NCBI GenBank assembly: GCA_013265495.1
Contig: MU058257.1
Coordinates: 1,735,674 to 1,755,673 of the forward strand
Direction: 5' to 3'
DNA: 20,000 nucleotides
From: Vicugna vicugna
Taxonomy: Eukaryota
Each line of letters begins with the position of its first letter. Position 1 is the first letter of the stretch. Under the pieces are notes generated by a model. That model was not told the origin of the DNA. It searched no databases and worked only from the letters and a program-made list of their open reading frames with translations. Made by a program: the position numbers and the translations under genes. Shown one piece after another: positions 1 through 12,120 of this stretch.

Positions 1-9
1 ACCTGTTCC

Positions 10-136
10 GGGGGGAGGGTGTAGCCAAGCAGTGGGGCGCAAGCTTAGCAGGCACGAGGTCCTGGGCTCCATCCCCAGCACCGCCTCCAAATACAACCCA
101 ACCTAATACCTCCCGCTCACAAAACAGAAAGCAAAA
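10..136 (+). mobile_element. Camelid tRNA-derived SINE (Vic-1-like)
   Basis: GGGGAGGGTGTAGC...GCTTAGCAGGCACGAGGTCCTGGGCTCCATCCCCAGCACC...AACCTAATACCTCCC followed by an A-rich tail matches the recalled Vic-1 layout with degenerate A and B boxes. A partial target-site duplication is visible: acctgttc (1-8) versus acctattc (146-153). Confidence 0.85.
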
Positions 137-1177
137 CATGGATGGACCTATTCTTAAGAGCCAAAACCATCTCAGCCCACTTTAACCTGGCTGCCATGTC
201 AGACCAAACCATCTTATAACTCAGTGTCGGAGGAGACTGAGGAGTGCAGTTAACGCCTAATTCCCAACAAAATGTCCCCAGAAATAACTAAGGAAAGCTT
301 GCTTCAGTCCAAGTCAGAAACCCCTCCATCTGCAGACGGTGTGTTTTTGGAAGAAACCTGTATTTGCCCTAGAATAACCTGAGGGGAGCAAATACTGAGG
401 GTTTGTACTTTTTAAACTGATCCTTAGAGGACTACACTCTGCACACGCTCACCTGGTGACACAGGGAGAAGCTAGGCTCAAAGTTAAAAAATACAGAAGC
501 TACTCTTGAAAATATGAAGTGTTTTTAAGTTTAGAAGCATCTCATTAACTGAGGTTGTGAAAAAAGCAAGAACGTACAACTCTGGCAACACAAGAGTAAG
601 AGGAAACACAATGTGATGACGCTTTGTGAAACAGACGCAGCAAAGCAAAGTCACAGAACCTGCCAGGAACACGCTCCTCCCATCTCGGTGACGTCGGCGG
701 CAACACTGTCTCTTCTGCTGCGATTAGGAAACCATTCTGGTAACGAAGGGAAAATATACTTTCCCAAGTGGTCCACACGTACACATCCTACCTGCTAAGT
801 CGTTCTCTCTCAAGAAGAAAAAAAAAGGTTACACTTTATGAAACAGGAGAAGTGTTACAGGCCCCTAACTCGTCACATGTTCTTCGGGTGCTTCCTAACA
901 AGCACTTCACAAGAACATGCGCTTCAGCGGCTCACGACAAACAGTGCTGTGCTTGGAACCACCCTGGACGTGGCCGCAGGCTCTCGCTGACGAGAACTGG
1001 CCCCGTCCACGGAACAGAGGACGCCTTGTGTGAAAACACACGTGTGCACGCACGGGGCTCCAGGGGTGAAAACCCACGTGTGTGCACAGGGCTGGGCTTC
1101 GCTGCACGGTGGTCCTTCCACATGCAGCTCAGTCAGAACGTGGAAAAGCCTAAGACAGATGCCTTAGCATCCCACCT

Positions 1178-1238
1178 GCACACACACACGTGCAGACCCA
1201 CATGTACACACCCACGCACACCCACACACGCGCACACC
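1178..1238 (+). repeat. Degenerate (CA)n microsatellite
   Basis: gcacacacacacgtgcagacccacatgtacacacccacgcacacccacacacgcgcacacc. Confidence 0.7.
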
Positions 1239-4200
1239 AGATACTACAAATTCCTAGTGTTTGAATACAAAACCCACCCGATTTCCTTTACTTTGTACCT
1301 GAGGACCATTAACAAGAGTTCAAAACCAGTACCCTCAGGCCCCGCAAGACCGAGGCAGCTTGATTTTGAGCTGCGCGTGCTCCACTTAAAAAGGAAGGCC
1401 GCTGAACAGGCACGTGGACGTCTGTGCAACTTACAGGTCTTAAGGCTTGTCTTTGTTGAATTAAAAGACCGCCTACCTTTCTGAGTTAGTGTCTCTGTCC
1501 TTTCACCGTCAGGATGTGCCTGTCACTCTGCTGACTTCCACAGCTAGACTGTGACTTCCCATCTAATCAAGACGCAGGCGTCGCACAGACACAGGAACAC
1601 ATGGGTGACACAGCGGCAGTACTGGGGTAAATGGCTGACATGCACGCGCTGGGCCCTGCACACACCCTGACGCACGAATTCCATCCATCTACTTCCAAGA
1701 CTGCTGTTTTGCTGAGGCAGATTCTTCAACTGCACACTTTAACTGAATGCTTTCCCTCATGAGCCCAGCAAACTGTGCAGCACGTGACACTTCTGCTTCT
1801 CTAGGTTTTTTCCCATTTAATACACAATCTTAATTCTCCTGACAACTCTCAGGGGTGACGTTACACTCCTATTCCAACCATCATCCCTACCCCACAAAAG
1901 CAAACAAAACCTTAATTTTGAAACGTATTTCCTATGGGAACATTTCCTCAAGCAGTGATGTATAAAAACGAAACTATGAGGCTGCTTACATGTGACACGC
2001 TGGCTCCCAGCAGAGAGACGAGGCTCTGAGGAGGGATGTGTCTTCCTTGAAGGAAAAAAAAAAGTGCCTTTCTTTGTCAAGAGTGTCACACACAGTTATG
2101 CACAAAATGGCCCAGGACCTGAGGGCAGGAGCCTAACTGAGCTCTTCAGCTACACAGCCAACGTGCCCCACACCCCCCCAGAGACCACGTCTACCCCTTA
2201 ACGCGGAAAGTGACCTCACTGCACCCGACGGCTCGGAGCTTAGCCACCAAAGGGCAAGTTTAGGGGAGCGGTGCACCTTCACTGTTACCCCCACCGCTGG
2301 ACCCACAAGCCATTCCAGGCAGTTTAGGGCAGGAAGTTAGAAATGCTCAGCAGAATCTAATTAAACAATTGGATTCTGGCAGAGAACTCCAGGGACACAC
2401 CCTACTTCGATAAACAAAGCCACGGAATCTGGAATGACAACACAGGCGCTCACATTCAAATTCTCAAGCTCGCCGCCAACACAGGGGCCCCCACCCTCAG
2501 CTCTGAGTAGGATTTTAAACCCCACGCTTCTTCCAGGGGGAAGAGAAAAGATTCCGCCTGCTGAATCAGCATCCTTAATTTCCTCGTTCATTTTGGCATT
2601 ATTTTCTGTGTATTCTAGAAGGTTTAATTTCTTAAAAACGGGTTTTACTCTGTGCCCTTGATTCAGATTACACTGATCTGCACATAAACACCGTCACATT
2701 GGAAAAATTCAGGACTGCTGAGAATTCTTAACCAACAAGTATCTATTATGGTTGCGATTCCTGCCGGAGGAAACAGATTAGTGATTCGATTTTTTCTGAT
2801 ATGTCAACATTCTCCATGATAATAAGGAAAAGAAGGGGGAAAAGGTGAAGTCAAAATCGCTCAAGCTTTAGCAGACATGTGAGGACCACAGCGGAGCAGT
2901 GATGACAGTGTCCAACTTACAAACCACTGAGAGACCGTTCCCTCCCACACATCGCTCATCAACTACCAGAAAAACACCACGTATCTGAGCTGGAGCTGAG
3001 TTACATGGAGAAAGCAGTTCCGAAGCACGTATCTGTGATGCAGAAAACCCAACCGGTCCCCTATCAGTGGCTCAGAGACCACGGCTACTTCTCAGTGGAG
3101 CCCAAACAGCCATTCCACCAAAAGACCACTGGGGGGCGCACACAACCCATGGCACTTGTCCAAAGATCAATGATAAAAGGGGGAAAAATCACATTTTATT
3201 TGGGATGTTTCCTTGTTACCAATTATTATTGTTGCTTGGTAACTGAAAACTAGCTCCAAAAATATTAACACTAAGAAAAGGAATCTTTTCATTTCTAACA
3301 GACAATGCTATTAAAAGACATGTTATTTGAACAGCCTCAAGTTACACACTCAACACATAGTAAAACAAAACAACAAGAAAGCACACAGCCAGAGCGGCTT
3401 CCTGTCACCTGTATTTCCATGCACTGGGCTCCAAGTATTTTTTAGAAAAAAAACATTTGAATCCCACACAGTCCTATGGAACAGCATTCCTACGAAATGA
3501 GAAACTCTAATTTGCTTTTATTCTACCATTTTGTTTAAGCACAGAAGTCAATGAAGTCTCTTCGGTGAGATGTTCAAGTAACATGAGGGCCCTCATTACA
3601 ACAACGTCTTCCGAGAACTCAGGAGTTCATCACAGGAGCCGGAATCTCCTGATAACATCACAACTGTGTGTCGTGACAGTGAGTAATTTAAATCCACGTA
3701 ACAAAGGAACACATGTACACACAAGTAAAGAATAAACATCCACAAAGCAAATGACAGCGCAGAAAAATCTATATGCTTTGGAAACTTCAAAAGAATGTTC
3801 AAATTAATCAAGAAACTTTTCCAAAAATGTCAACTACTTTCAGCATCATAGGAACCCTGAAGGCACCAGAGAACCCTGCACCAACCTGCCTTCTGCTGGT
3901 TCCTGAAGTGGCTCTTTTCAGGTTCGATGACCTTGAAAATCTCAGCGCCTTCACTGAATCCTTCCGAGAAATTCCATTAAAGAGTAACACCTCTTTGCAC
4001 ATTTCCCGGTCCATCTGTCTTGCCATCACGACCCAGGAGAAAGGCAACATCCACGGGGACTCGGGGTCCGAAACGGACGACATTCTCAAGTGATCCCCGG
4101 GTCAAGAGCCCCCCAGACGAGGCTGCACAGCCCGTGTCTGGCTCAGTCTTCTAGAGAAGGGCAAGAGACTGGGAATGGGCGGCAAGTTGGGGGCAGAGCC

Positions 4201-6106
4201 CCTTGCACGTAGGTAACTGTCCCTGGACACAAGCACGCCGGGCAGCGTAGGGAGGCCAGGGGCCAGCCCCTCGGCACCAAGGGAAAACGCCCTTCGCCAG
4301 CGCAGCAGCCGGGGGGCTGTCGGGGTGAGCAGGGTACTCACATGCCGCGGAGTCGGTGGGCTGAGAGTCAACACGCCAGGTTCAAAGACGCCTAACTCAC
4401 CCCTTGTCAGAACAGACAGCCGGCTTCTGGGCAGGATCAGACACAGCCCCTCCTGCAAAGCCGAGCCCGCTTACTTATTAGCAGGATGGTTTGCTAAGCT
4501 CTGTGAACATTCTCTCCCTCCAGTGAGTAAGACGTAGACAGATCAAAGCTCAAATGCTTTCACTCAGGAAAGTGAAGGACAAGACAGTCACAAGAAAAAT
4601 GAAAGGAGTCCGCACCACTGGTCCTCTGCCCGGGAAAGGAGAAGGTGCTGTGTGGCCCTTCCCTTGTCTCAGGTCTAACCGCGCGCGGCTGAGCGTGAGG
4701 AGGGACCAGGAGACATCAGAGAACTAGGTTTCCAGTGAGTACTGAGCACTGAGAACACTCACAGCACGATTAACACCCACGGCACTTCCAGTACGAGACC
4801 CACCAGACCCACCGCTTTAGGACACACCCGCCCAACCCAAGACTGACAGGTAGTCCGGTCAAGGCAGTATTTTTAAATTTAGCTCACAGTCCTGCTCATT
4901 TTTTAACAAGTGGCATATCATTGTTATTTTTTCAAAACGCACACATAAATCATTAAAGAAACCACGTAACTGCAGAAACTACATAACCCAACGCCAGCCG
5001 ACATCAGAGTGTCTGGCTGATCAGTAATGCACGCGGGGGCCTCAAAGGGGACAGCGCTGGACGAGGCAGGGCTCAGCTTCATCGGCTGCAGGGGGACCGT
5101 CTTTACTTAGACGGCCTTTCCGGGAGACGGGCCGTCAGACCTGCCAGGGAGGACACGCACGTCTGGCCTGGGAGGGGGCACCCTCCTCACCCACCCAGCC
5201 TGGGCACCCCACCTGCAGACGGCATGCTGCTTGCTTGGGATTACTTTAAATTACACTAAGAAAAAAAGGAATGAGAGAGATAACCAAATTTTAGAACACG
5301 GAACAAGACTGTTTCAGATGAAACGACTCTACTGGCACGGTCATCTTCCTGGTTCACGGAGGATCCTTAAGCCAAGCGCTCCCTGCTCTCTGCAGTACCT
5401 CCAGTTCCACCTAGAGATCCGATAAACATGGCCAAGCTAAAGAAAATGACACTGACACAGAACAGGAACCGCCACTAGGGGGTCTCAAGTTCCCAGAACA
5501 GAAACCTCTGCTCACACCACACGTGACTGCAAGCAAAGGCCGCCTGAGGACAGTCACCACTTGCCCCCGAAAAATGAAGGGCTGCTTGGCATTCTGCAGG
5601 GGAGCAGCAGCACCGGGCGCCCCCAGGGGGCCGGACCCCCCGTGCAGGTGAGCATCCCACGTCACACTGGTGCCCTCGCTGCTCTATGTGAGCGAACGCT
5701 CTCCGGGCAGTCGGGGGCCTGCCAACCACACTTGGATTCCTCAGGCCTCCCGGGTGACTGTCCGCGCAGATCCTGAAATAACGCGATGGCCGCCTCGCGT
5801 CGGGGAGGGGTCCCCCTGAGTCGGCTCATTACAGCCTTTTATACCTGGCTGTTCTCCTCGGAATCTAACCTCATGTCACTCTCATTCAAATGCTCTGATT
5901 CAGGAGAACTTAAGGAGTTCCTCTGGCAGGTTTTACACTAATTTCCTAACTAAAATGCACTCGCATTTTCCACCACAGTCAAGGCAAGTATTAAGGCGAG
6001 GGTGTGCACCGCTGGAGGAAGCGATAAAGAGGACTATTAGGTCAGAATGACTGCAAATCGCTGCCATGTGGAAACACTACTTGTCACATGCTTTTAAACA
6101 CTATTA

Positions 6107-6950
6107 TTCTTTACCATAGTGATTTCCACATTCCTACGTCCGACTCTAAGTTTTCCCTTGAGCTTCAGAATTACAGGCCACGGACCTACTCGTCACCTGC
6201 TCGGATGTCTCAAAGGCATTGCAAAGCCAGTCCAATGTCTCCACAGGAAGGGGACCTGACTCCCGGCCCACATCCTTACTCCACTCCTCAAGTCTTCAAC
6301 TCAAACGAGAAGGAGGCTCCATTTCACCCCAGCTCCTCCAGCGCAGACACTGCAAGTCACCCTCAGTGCCTTCTCTGCCCTCGTTCCTCGCGGCCTGAGA
6401 CCCTGGACGCTCCAGCTCCGAAGCAGGTCTCCACCCCAGTCACATCCCCCACATGGGCTGCAGGCTCGGCCGCCGTCATCTCGTCACTGGACAGCAGCCT
6501 TCCCCTCCTCGCCCATCTACGAGGCATTATTCCCCACGCAGTCTTCTAAAGATACATCTCATCATGGCACATCTCAGTCTGACAGGGAAATGGCTTTTTA
6601 CCGCATTTAGCAGCAAATCTCAAGTAGCTTTGATGCAGTCTTCAATATCCCCTTCCTCCACAGCCCCCCCACCTCCCCTCTCCCAGCTGCCTCGCAGCCC
6701 AGCCACACCCGCCCTCTGTGGGTCCACGAACACCTCAGCCTCAGCCTTTTTTCCACGTCAGTTGCTGCGCGAGCTGCTCCCTCTGCCTCCAGCTGTTCCC
6801 AGGTCTGGCTCCTTCTCGTGCCCTGAAATCCAGCCCCCTGTCTCCTCCGGAGAGCTGTCCTTCCCAACCAGACGGAAGTACCACCCCGCGCCGATGCTCC
6901 ACCGCATCCCAAACTCGCTGCCTTCACATCTGCTTCCCTCGCTGCAAGGA
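6107..6950 (+). mobile_element. Ancient LINE-2 (L2) 3' fragment
   Basis: Decayed L2 landmarks appear in the expected order: ggatgtctcaaaggcat, gtcatctcgtcactggacagcagcc, atctcatcatggcac...aatggcttttt, cccagccacacccgccctct, ctggctccttctc...tctcctccggagagctgtcc. Boundaries are approximate. Confidence 0.75.
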
Positions 6951-7364
6951 GAGCTCTGAGAGATGAGGACCCCCCCCCCACATACCCTGGGCACCTCCAG
7001 CTGCTTCTCCAGGGTATCGCTGACTGGGATGAGAGGAAGGAAGGAAGGAGTGCATCTGTAAGACCTGCCTAGCCCCTGCTTAGACAGAAGCTGTAATTTT
7101 AGTCTGCATGAACGTGGGGCACCAATAAACATGGTTGTGATGCAATTACACTTCACACTAAGTTCTTAGCATCTTAACAAATATTCATACAAGAAGATTA
7201 CATACAAGTAATCTAATAAAGTGAAACTCAGTAGGCAAAACCGACACATCTTATTGGCCAAACTAACTTCTTCCTCCAACCCCCACCAATAGGCAGTGTC
7301 GGTTACCTGGGGCCCGGCAGGGGCCTGGAGAAATGAGAAGGTGTGCGGGTCAGACAGCACATTC

Positions 7365-7432
7365 ATCCTCCCTCTTTTCAAAATGGGGACCCTCCCATCC
7401 ACCCGTGGGTACAGAGGTGCAGTGCGTGAGGC
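7365..7432 (+). mobile_element. MIR core fragment
   Basis: cctcttttcaaaatggggac...gtgcgtgagg resembles the MIR core cctcatctgtaaaatggggat...gttgtgagg. Confidence 0.4.
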
Positions 7433-7902
7433 TCCAGTCTCACTGGCTGACTTAACACAGGAGGATCAGAGGGGTGCAGACTACTCCTCCTTTCCACTCT
7501 TTTACTGTAAAATCCAGGAGAATAAAAACCTGCCGCTTCCTACGTGGCTTCTACCCTTTATGAGTAATGCTGTGAATGAATAAACAGAATGTCCTTGTCC
7601 ATCATTTATAATTACTTCTCCAAAATTACTCAGAAGACACTATCTACCCTCCTCTACCTTCCTCCTTTGCCCTTTTGTCATGATGTCGGTTCTACATGTG
7701 AACAAGTGTATTTCATACACTTCACTCAAGATATGAGAGAAGGGAAAACGTAGGGTAAACATTTTAAAAGATGAAAACTATGATGAAACAAACAGCCTTG
7801 CACAGCACTCATTCTGGGGCACCTGCTCTGAGACATGCTCTTTTTCTGGAGAATTGTCATTGTTGACCAAAAAATACTCTTAAACTGTAAACAAGGCCTC
7901 CC

Positions 7903-9008
7903 CTTCCCAGCAGCTTTGAGACACACAACATTGTGTAAGTTAAAGGTGTACAAAGTATTTACCTGATGCACTAATTATATTGCAAAATGATTACTACCTT
8001 AGTATTAGCTAACACTGCACACATCACATAATTACCATGTTTCTTGTGAGCAACTTTCAAACTTGTAACACAGTATCACTACCTATAATCTCCAGGCTGT
8101 CCATCCCACCCCCAAAACTTCATCATCTTAAATTTGTACCCTTTAACCAACACCACCCTTTTCCCCCACCGCTCAGCCCTGGTCACCACCACCGTCTGTC
8201 TCTGTGGGCTTGGCGTTTCCAGTTTCCACATGTAAGTGAGATCGCATAGTACGTCTTTGTCTTCCTGTCTGACCTACCTCACTTCGCATGATGTCTACCA
8301 AGCCAGGTGTCATCCATGTTGTCACAGATGACAGGGTTTCCTTCCTCCTTGTGGCTGAATGTTCCTGTGTCTGTGTGTGTCCTTTATCCGTTCACCGTGG
8401 ATGGACACCTGGCTTGTGTCCGTATCTTGGCTGTTGTGGGCAACACTGCAATGAACGTGGGGGTGCAGACACCTTTTCAAGACAGTGACTATTTTCTTTG
8501 GATAAACACCCAGAAGTGGGATTGCTGGACCCGATGGTAGCTCTAGCTTTGACTTTTCAAGAAGCTTACATACTCTTCCCCACAGAGGCTGCACCAACTT
8601 ACACCCCCAGCCACAGTCACAAGGCTCCCTCCCGCCACGTCCTCGCCAACACTCGTCTGGCTTCCAACAACAGCCGGGCTGACGGGTGTGAAGTGATGCT
8701 GTGGGTGTGGCCTGTGTTTTCCTGAAGGTCAGCGATGCTGAGCACAGTGCTTCTGTGTGGCCACTCTGTACGTCTTCTCTGGAAAAGTGTCTGTTCAGTT
8801 CCTCAGCCCGTTACTTGATCTGACTGTCTGGCTGTTTCAGTCTCCGAGTCCTTCATACACTCTGGACATCACCCCTTGTCAGGTATGTGGTTCCGAACAT
8901 TTCCTCCCGCTCCGTAGCCGCCTTCTCCTTTGCTGAGCAGAACCGCCTGATTCGATGTGGTCCCGCTGGTTTATCTTTGCTTTTTGTTGCCTTTGCTTTT
9001 AGTGCCAA
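7903..9008 (-). mobile_element. Old LINE-1 3' fragment (L1MA8/L1MA9-like 3' UTR plus decayed ORF2 end)
   Basis: ORF 8322-8597(-) has L1 ORF2 C-terminal motifs (VQPLW...LELP..PAIPLLGVYPK). The 3' UTR landmarks (ttgcaaaatgattac, ataattacca, tttgtaccctttaaccaa, ttccacatgtaagtgagatc) fit L1MA. The subfamily call is tentative. Confidence 0.88.
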
Positions 9009-9167
9009 GAGCTTAGTTTCGCTTGTTGTTTAATGATATGGTTCTTGTTGGCTCCCAAACACTAAAACTCAAAACTGGGGCCTTTGCTTCCTTTCTGGTT
9101 CAGAAAATATACACAGTCCGACGGTGCACCAGGAGCCTCAGCTTCACAAGACGCAGAGAATCACCTG

Positions 9168-9280
9168 CTTCTTCCATCAGCTATGCCTGAGCACCTGCTA
9201 TGCACCAAGCTGTCTTCAAATTGGCAGCAGTGTGAAAACGAGCAAACGAAAGTGAATTACCTACAGAAACTTATTTTATA
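9168..9280 (-). mobile_element. L2 3' terminus fragment
   Basis: ctgagcacctgctatgcaccaagc...cagcagtgtgaaaac...acttattttata resembles the reverse complement of the L2 3' end. Confidence 0.6.
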
Positions 9281-9399
9281 AAACAAATGCCTAAGATAGC
9301 CTGGATTATTTGTTTTTAAATCAGCAGAAAATGGTATTCAGAGAATGGTTAGCCGAATTCAAGGATGAGGACAGTGATGACCGTTTCTGGGGCCTCAAC

Positions 9400-9560
9400 A
9401 CAAATCCTCAGGTTTCAACTTAACACGCTCTTGTCAGGTGGGCACAGTCATTATGCTCTATTAGAGATGGGAAAACCGAGGCAAGAGAGAGAAGCCAGAG
9501 CTCAGAAGAGCAAGGAGTCCTGCAGACTCAGACACAGGCTGCCTGGCCCCTCAGCTCCCC
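9400..9560 (-). mobile_element. MIR fragment
   Basis: attagagatgggaaaaccgaggcaagagag...cacaggctgcctggcccc resembles the MIR reverse core ttttacagatgaggaaactgaggcacagag...aggcagtctggctcc. Confidence 0.6.
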
Positions 9561-9794
9561 CGCAGAGGCCCCTTGCTGAGGAAGCAACAGGGAAGCAGCG
9601 TGCAGCCCCAGCCCATAGCCAACGTGGCAGCTGCCCCCCTCAGGCTCCTCGAGTGGCCCCGGGGAGCCAAGCCCTCCCTGCTCCCCCAGAGAGGCTGCCC
9701 CACCATCCAAGTTCTGCTGCTTCAGAGCAGCCGTGCGGGGCCAGCCCCCTTTTCTTTTCAAAACACCCTCCACCCCAAACATCTGCCACCTCTG

Positions 9795-9858
9795 TCTCTC
9801 CCAGCACACAGACACACTTCTAATACAGTAAGTGCCCAATAAATGTTTGTTGAATAAA
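9795..9858 (+). mobile_element. L2 3' tail
   Basis: acagtaagtgcccaataaatgtttgttgaataaa is the characteristic L2 terminus. Confidence 0.7.
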
Positions 9859-10324
9859 GTTAACAAAAGTGCTGGGAGATAACCCCTTCGGATTCATTAG
9901 CTATTTAGGGCTCTGCTTGGCATTTAGATGTTTTCTTCGTTAGAACGTAACTGAAATAAATCCATTTAGGAGGAAATTCATCAAGCCATCCAGTTAAGCG
10001 AAGTCCACACGAACTACTCCAAGTTAGCAAACTTTCTGACTTACTCCCTCCCTGTGCAGGTCCACACTGACGACAAAGGGGATGCTCCTGCTCTAAGCTG
10101 CACGTAGGGCTGCCCGGGGCTCGCCTCACGCTGGAATTAGGCAGAAGGAGAACTATGGAGAAGTCAAAACCCCAGACAGCAACAAAACCCCCAGCCACTC
10201 ACGGGCGCCTCCCTGAGATAACTGCTTCAGACTGTCCCTTAAACCATTTACAATGTAATTCTTTCCACTAAAATTAGACATTTTGAATGTCGTTTCAACC
10301 TGATTTTTTTTAAACAAATTCACA

Positions 10325-10817
10325 CATTTATCTGCACTTCAGTTCCAAATATCCAACTGCCTAGCTGACACTTCCAAGGCACCCAGTTAACTGACTGGAG
10401 TCAGGACTAAATCCTCATCTCCCATCGGGTCCCAAGTCACAGAGCCCCCCAACCCCCAGCACTCCCGTCCGAGGGATGGCCCCACAGTCAGACCACTCAG
10501 ACCCACTCCCCACCTCCCACGGAGCCCGTGCCCTGGCCTCCGGGGACCCCTTCATGCTTCACACTCGGCTGGGGATGCTTCCCAAATGTCACCCTGATCA
10601 CCCAGCACCCCTGTCCTCAGCTGGCTGTGCTGGGCAGGGGACTCGGTCACCTTCACTGGACCATCCCCCGTGCAGAACCATTACCTGTCAGTCTTTCTGA
10701 CTCCCACAATAGACCGTCAGCCCCAAGAAGGCAGGGACCAAGTCCACTCCAGCTCAGCAAACTAAATACAGGGCCTGGCACACCACAGGTGCCCAGCAAG
10801 TTGCCTAAGTTAACTAA
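10325..10817 (+). mobile_element. L2 3' fragment
   Basis: Contains atatccaactgcctagctgacacttcc at the 5' side and tagaccgtcagccccaagaaggcagggacc...acagggcctggcaccacaggtgcccagcaagt-like 3'-terminal landmarks. Confidence 0.7.
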
Positions 10818-12024
10818 AAGTTCTGAAAAGACCTTAAGCCTTGCTGTCTTTCAAAGGAAGTTATTGCACGTGCTGTAGTACAAATTATTATTACTATCCG
10901 GGGCCCTGGCTTGAACACCTTGTCTCTGCTCAATAAGGGGACGGGCACTTAGCTCCAGTTAACACTGCAGCTTTAACCCACCTATTCCCGTTAATCTCAA
11001 CCTCAAATATTCATCAAAAGACAGTGGGTGGTGTCTTTATACACAAATACCTTATTCCTTTGGATTAAGGCAAGAGAAATATTTCTCACAAGCATTCCAC
11101 TGTCACGTTTCTCTGTAAACAGATAGGCTTCGTGGTGGGGATAATTTCAGAAAGCGGTGTTTCTTTAAGAGGCACATTTCCCCAAGACGGAAAGGCGAGG
11201 ACTGCCGCTTTAAAAGCTCAGTTCCCACGGCTGCACCCGTTCACCTCAAGGGAAGGCAAGGAATAGAGATTCCATGACTAACCTGCCTGAGGAGCAAAAT
11301 TCACACCAACAGGCTGGTCGCCGTGAAAACCCCAGCAACGTCGTGATCCATCTTACCTTATGCAACCACTTTTAATTTGGAAAAAGCACCCAGTGCTGCA
11401 CCCTACCACACACACTTCTGGAAGCCCCAGCCTGCAATCCATACCTTTTTTTGCATGTAAAACACTGAATTCAAATTAATTTTACATGTTTAGATATTTT
11501 GTAACAACTATAAGAATCCACTTGAAATCAGGACACAGTCATCTCAATTATTACTACTTTCCACTAACACATAACTTGCTTGAATTTGTCAAGAGCAAAA
11601 CACAACTATCACCTACTTGGTATCAGAGGTCTCCCCCGTCCATGCGCGCGTATTTTTACATTTGACAATTTTAAGGAAGGCACAATATGCAATGTCAACA
11701 AACTGGTATCCCTGACGACATGCAAAATGGGCCCCAGTGCATTAATTTTCCTGCAGTTCTTTCCTGTTTTTTTTTCCACAACATACCCAATTTGATTTTA
11801 AGGTTTTATGTATTCAGGATTAAGGGGAATTTGGCATGTTTGAAAATCCTATTCACATTTAAGGGCATAAGTAAGAATACTCTTAAAAAAAAATAGAATA
11901 GCATCAGATTCTGTCTCTGGACCAATTCCTCAGCAAGAAATTAGTTCCTCCCCTGAAAAAGGAGGAAGGCGTGAAAAAGAAGTTATTCAGGAACTCCCCC
12001 TACCTCTACCCTCAGAATATGGAC

Positions 12025-12120
12025 TTTTTTGTTTGTTTTTAGTGGAGGTACTGGGGACTGAACCCAGGACCTCACGCATGCTAAGCACACACACTACCAC
12101 GGACCTGTATCATCCCCTCC
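12025..12120 (-). mobile_element. Camelid tRNA-derived SINE (Vic-1-like)
   Basis: The minus strand reads GGAGGGGATGATACAGGTCCGTGGTAG...GCTTAGCATGCGTGAGGTCCTGGGTTCAGTCCCCAGTACCTCCACTAAAAACAAACAAAAAA. It is flanked by an imperfect 14-bp TSD: agaatatggacttt (12014-12027) versus gggatgtggacttt (12121-12134), 11/14 identical. Confidence 0.88.

Noticed and set aside
10..90. Possible tRNA gene (also 12041-12120)
   Set aside because: The tRNA-like boxes are degenerate, and the A-rich tails and TSDs identify both as SINEs.
768..1484. Longest ORF in the track (238 aa, plus strand)
   Set aside because: It has a non-ATG start, runs through a CA microsatellite and an A-run, shows no recognisable domain and is antisense within an intron. 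It is a chance ORF.
2361..2680. Protein-like minus-strand reading frame (…MNEEIKDADSAGGIFSLPP…)
   Set aside because: It matches no PARD3 exon I recall and has no convincing polypyrimidine tract and donor pair.
3951..3964. 14-bp match tcactgaatccttc recurring near 19928
   Set aside because: The match does not extend and is compatible with chance in 20 kb.
6088..6981. Overlapping Pro/Ser-rich ORFs
   Set aside because: They lie in a C-rich decayed L2 element and are low-complexity translation products.
7767..7832. ATGATGA...CTGA resembling a C/D snoRNA, plus aaagatgaaaacta resembling the start of a later PARD3 exon
   Set aside because: The boxes are only about 50 nt apart, there is no terminal stem, and they are antisense to the host gene. 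The exon-like match is short and on the wrong strand.
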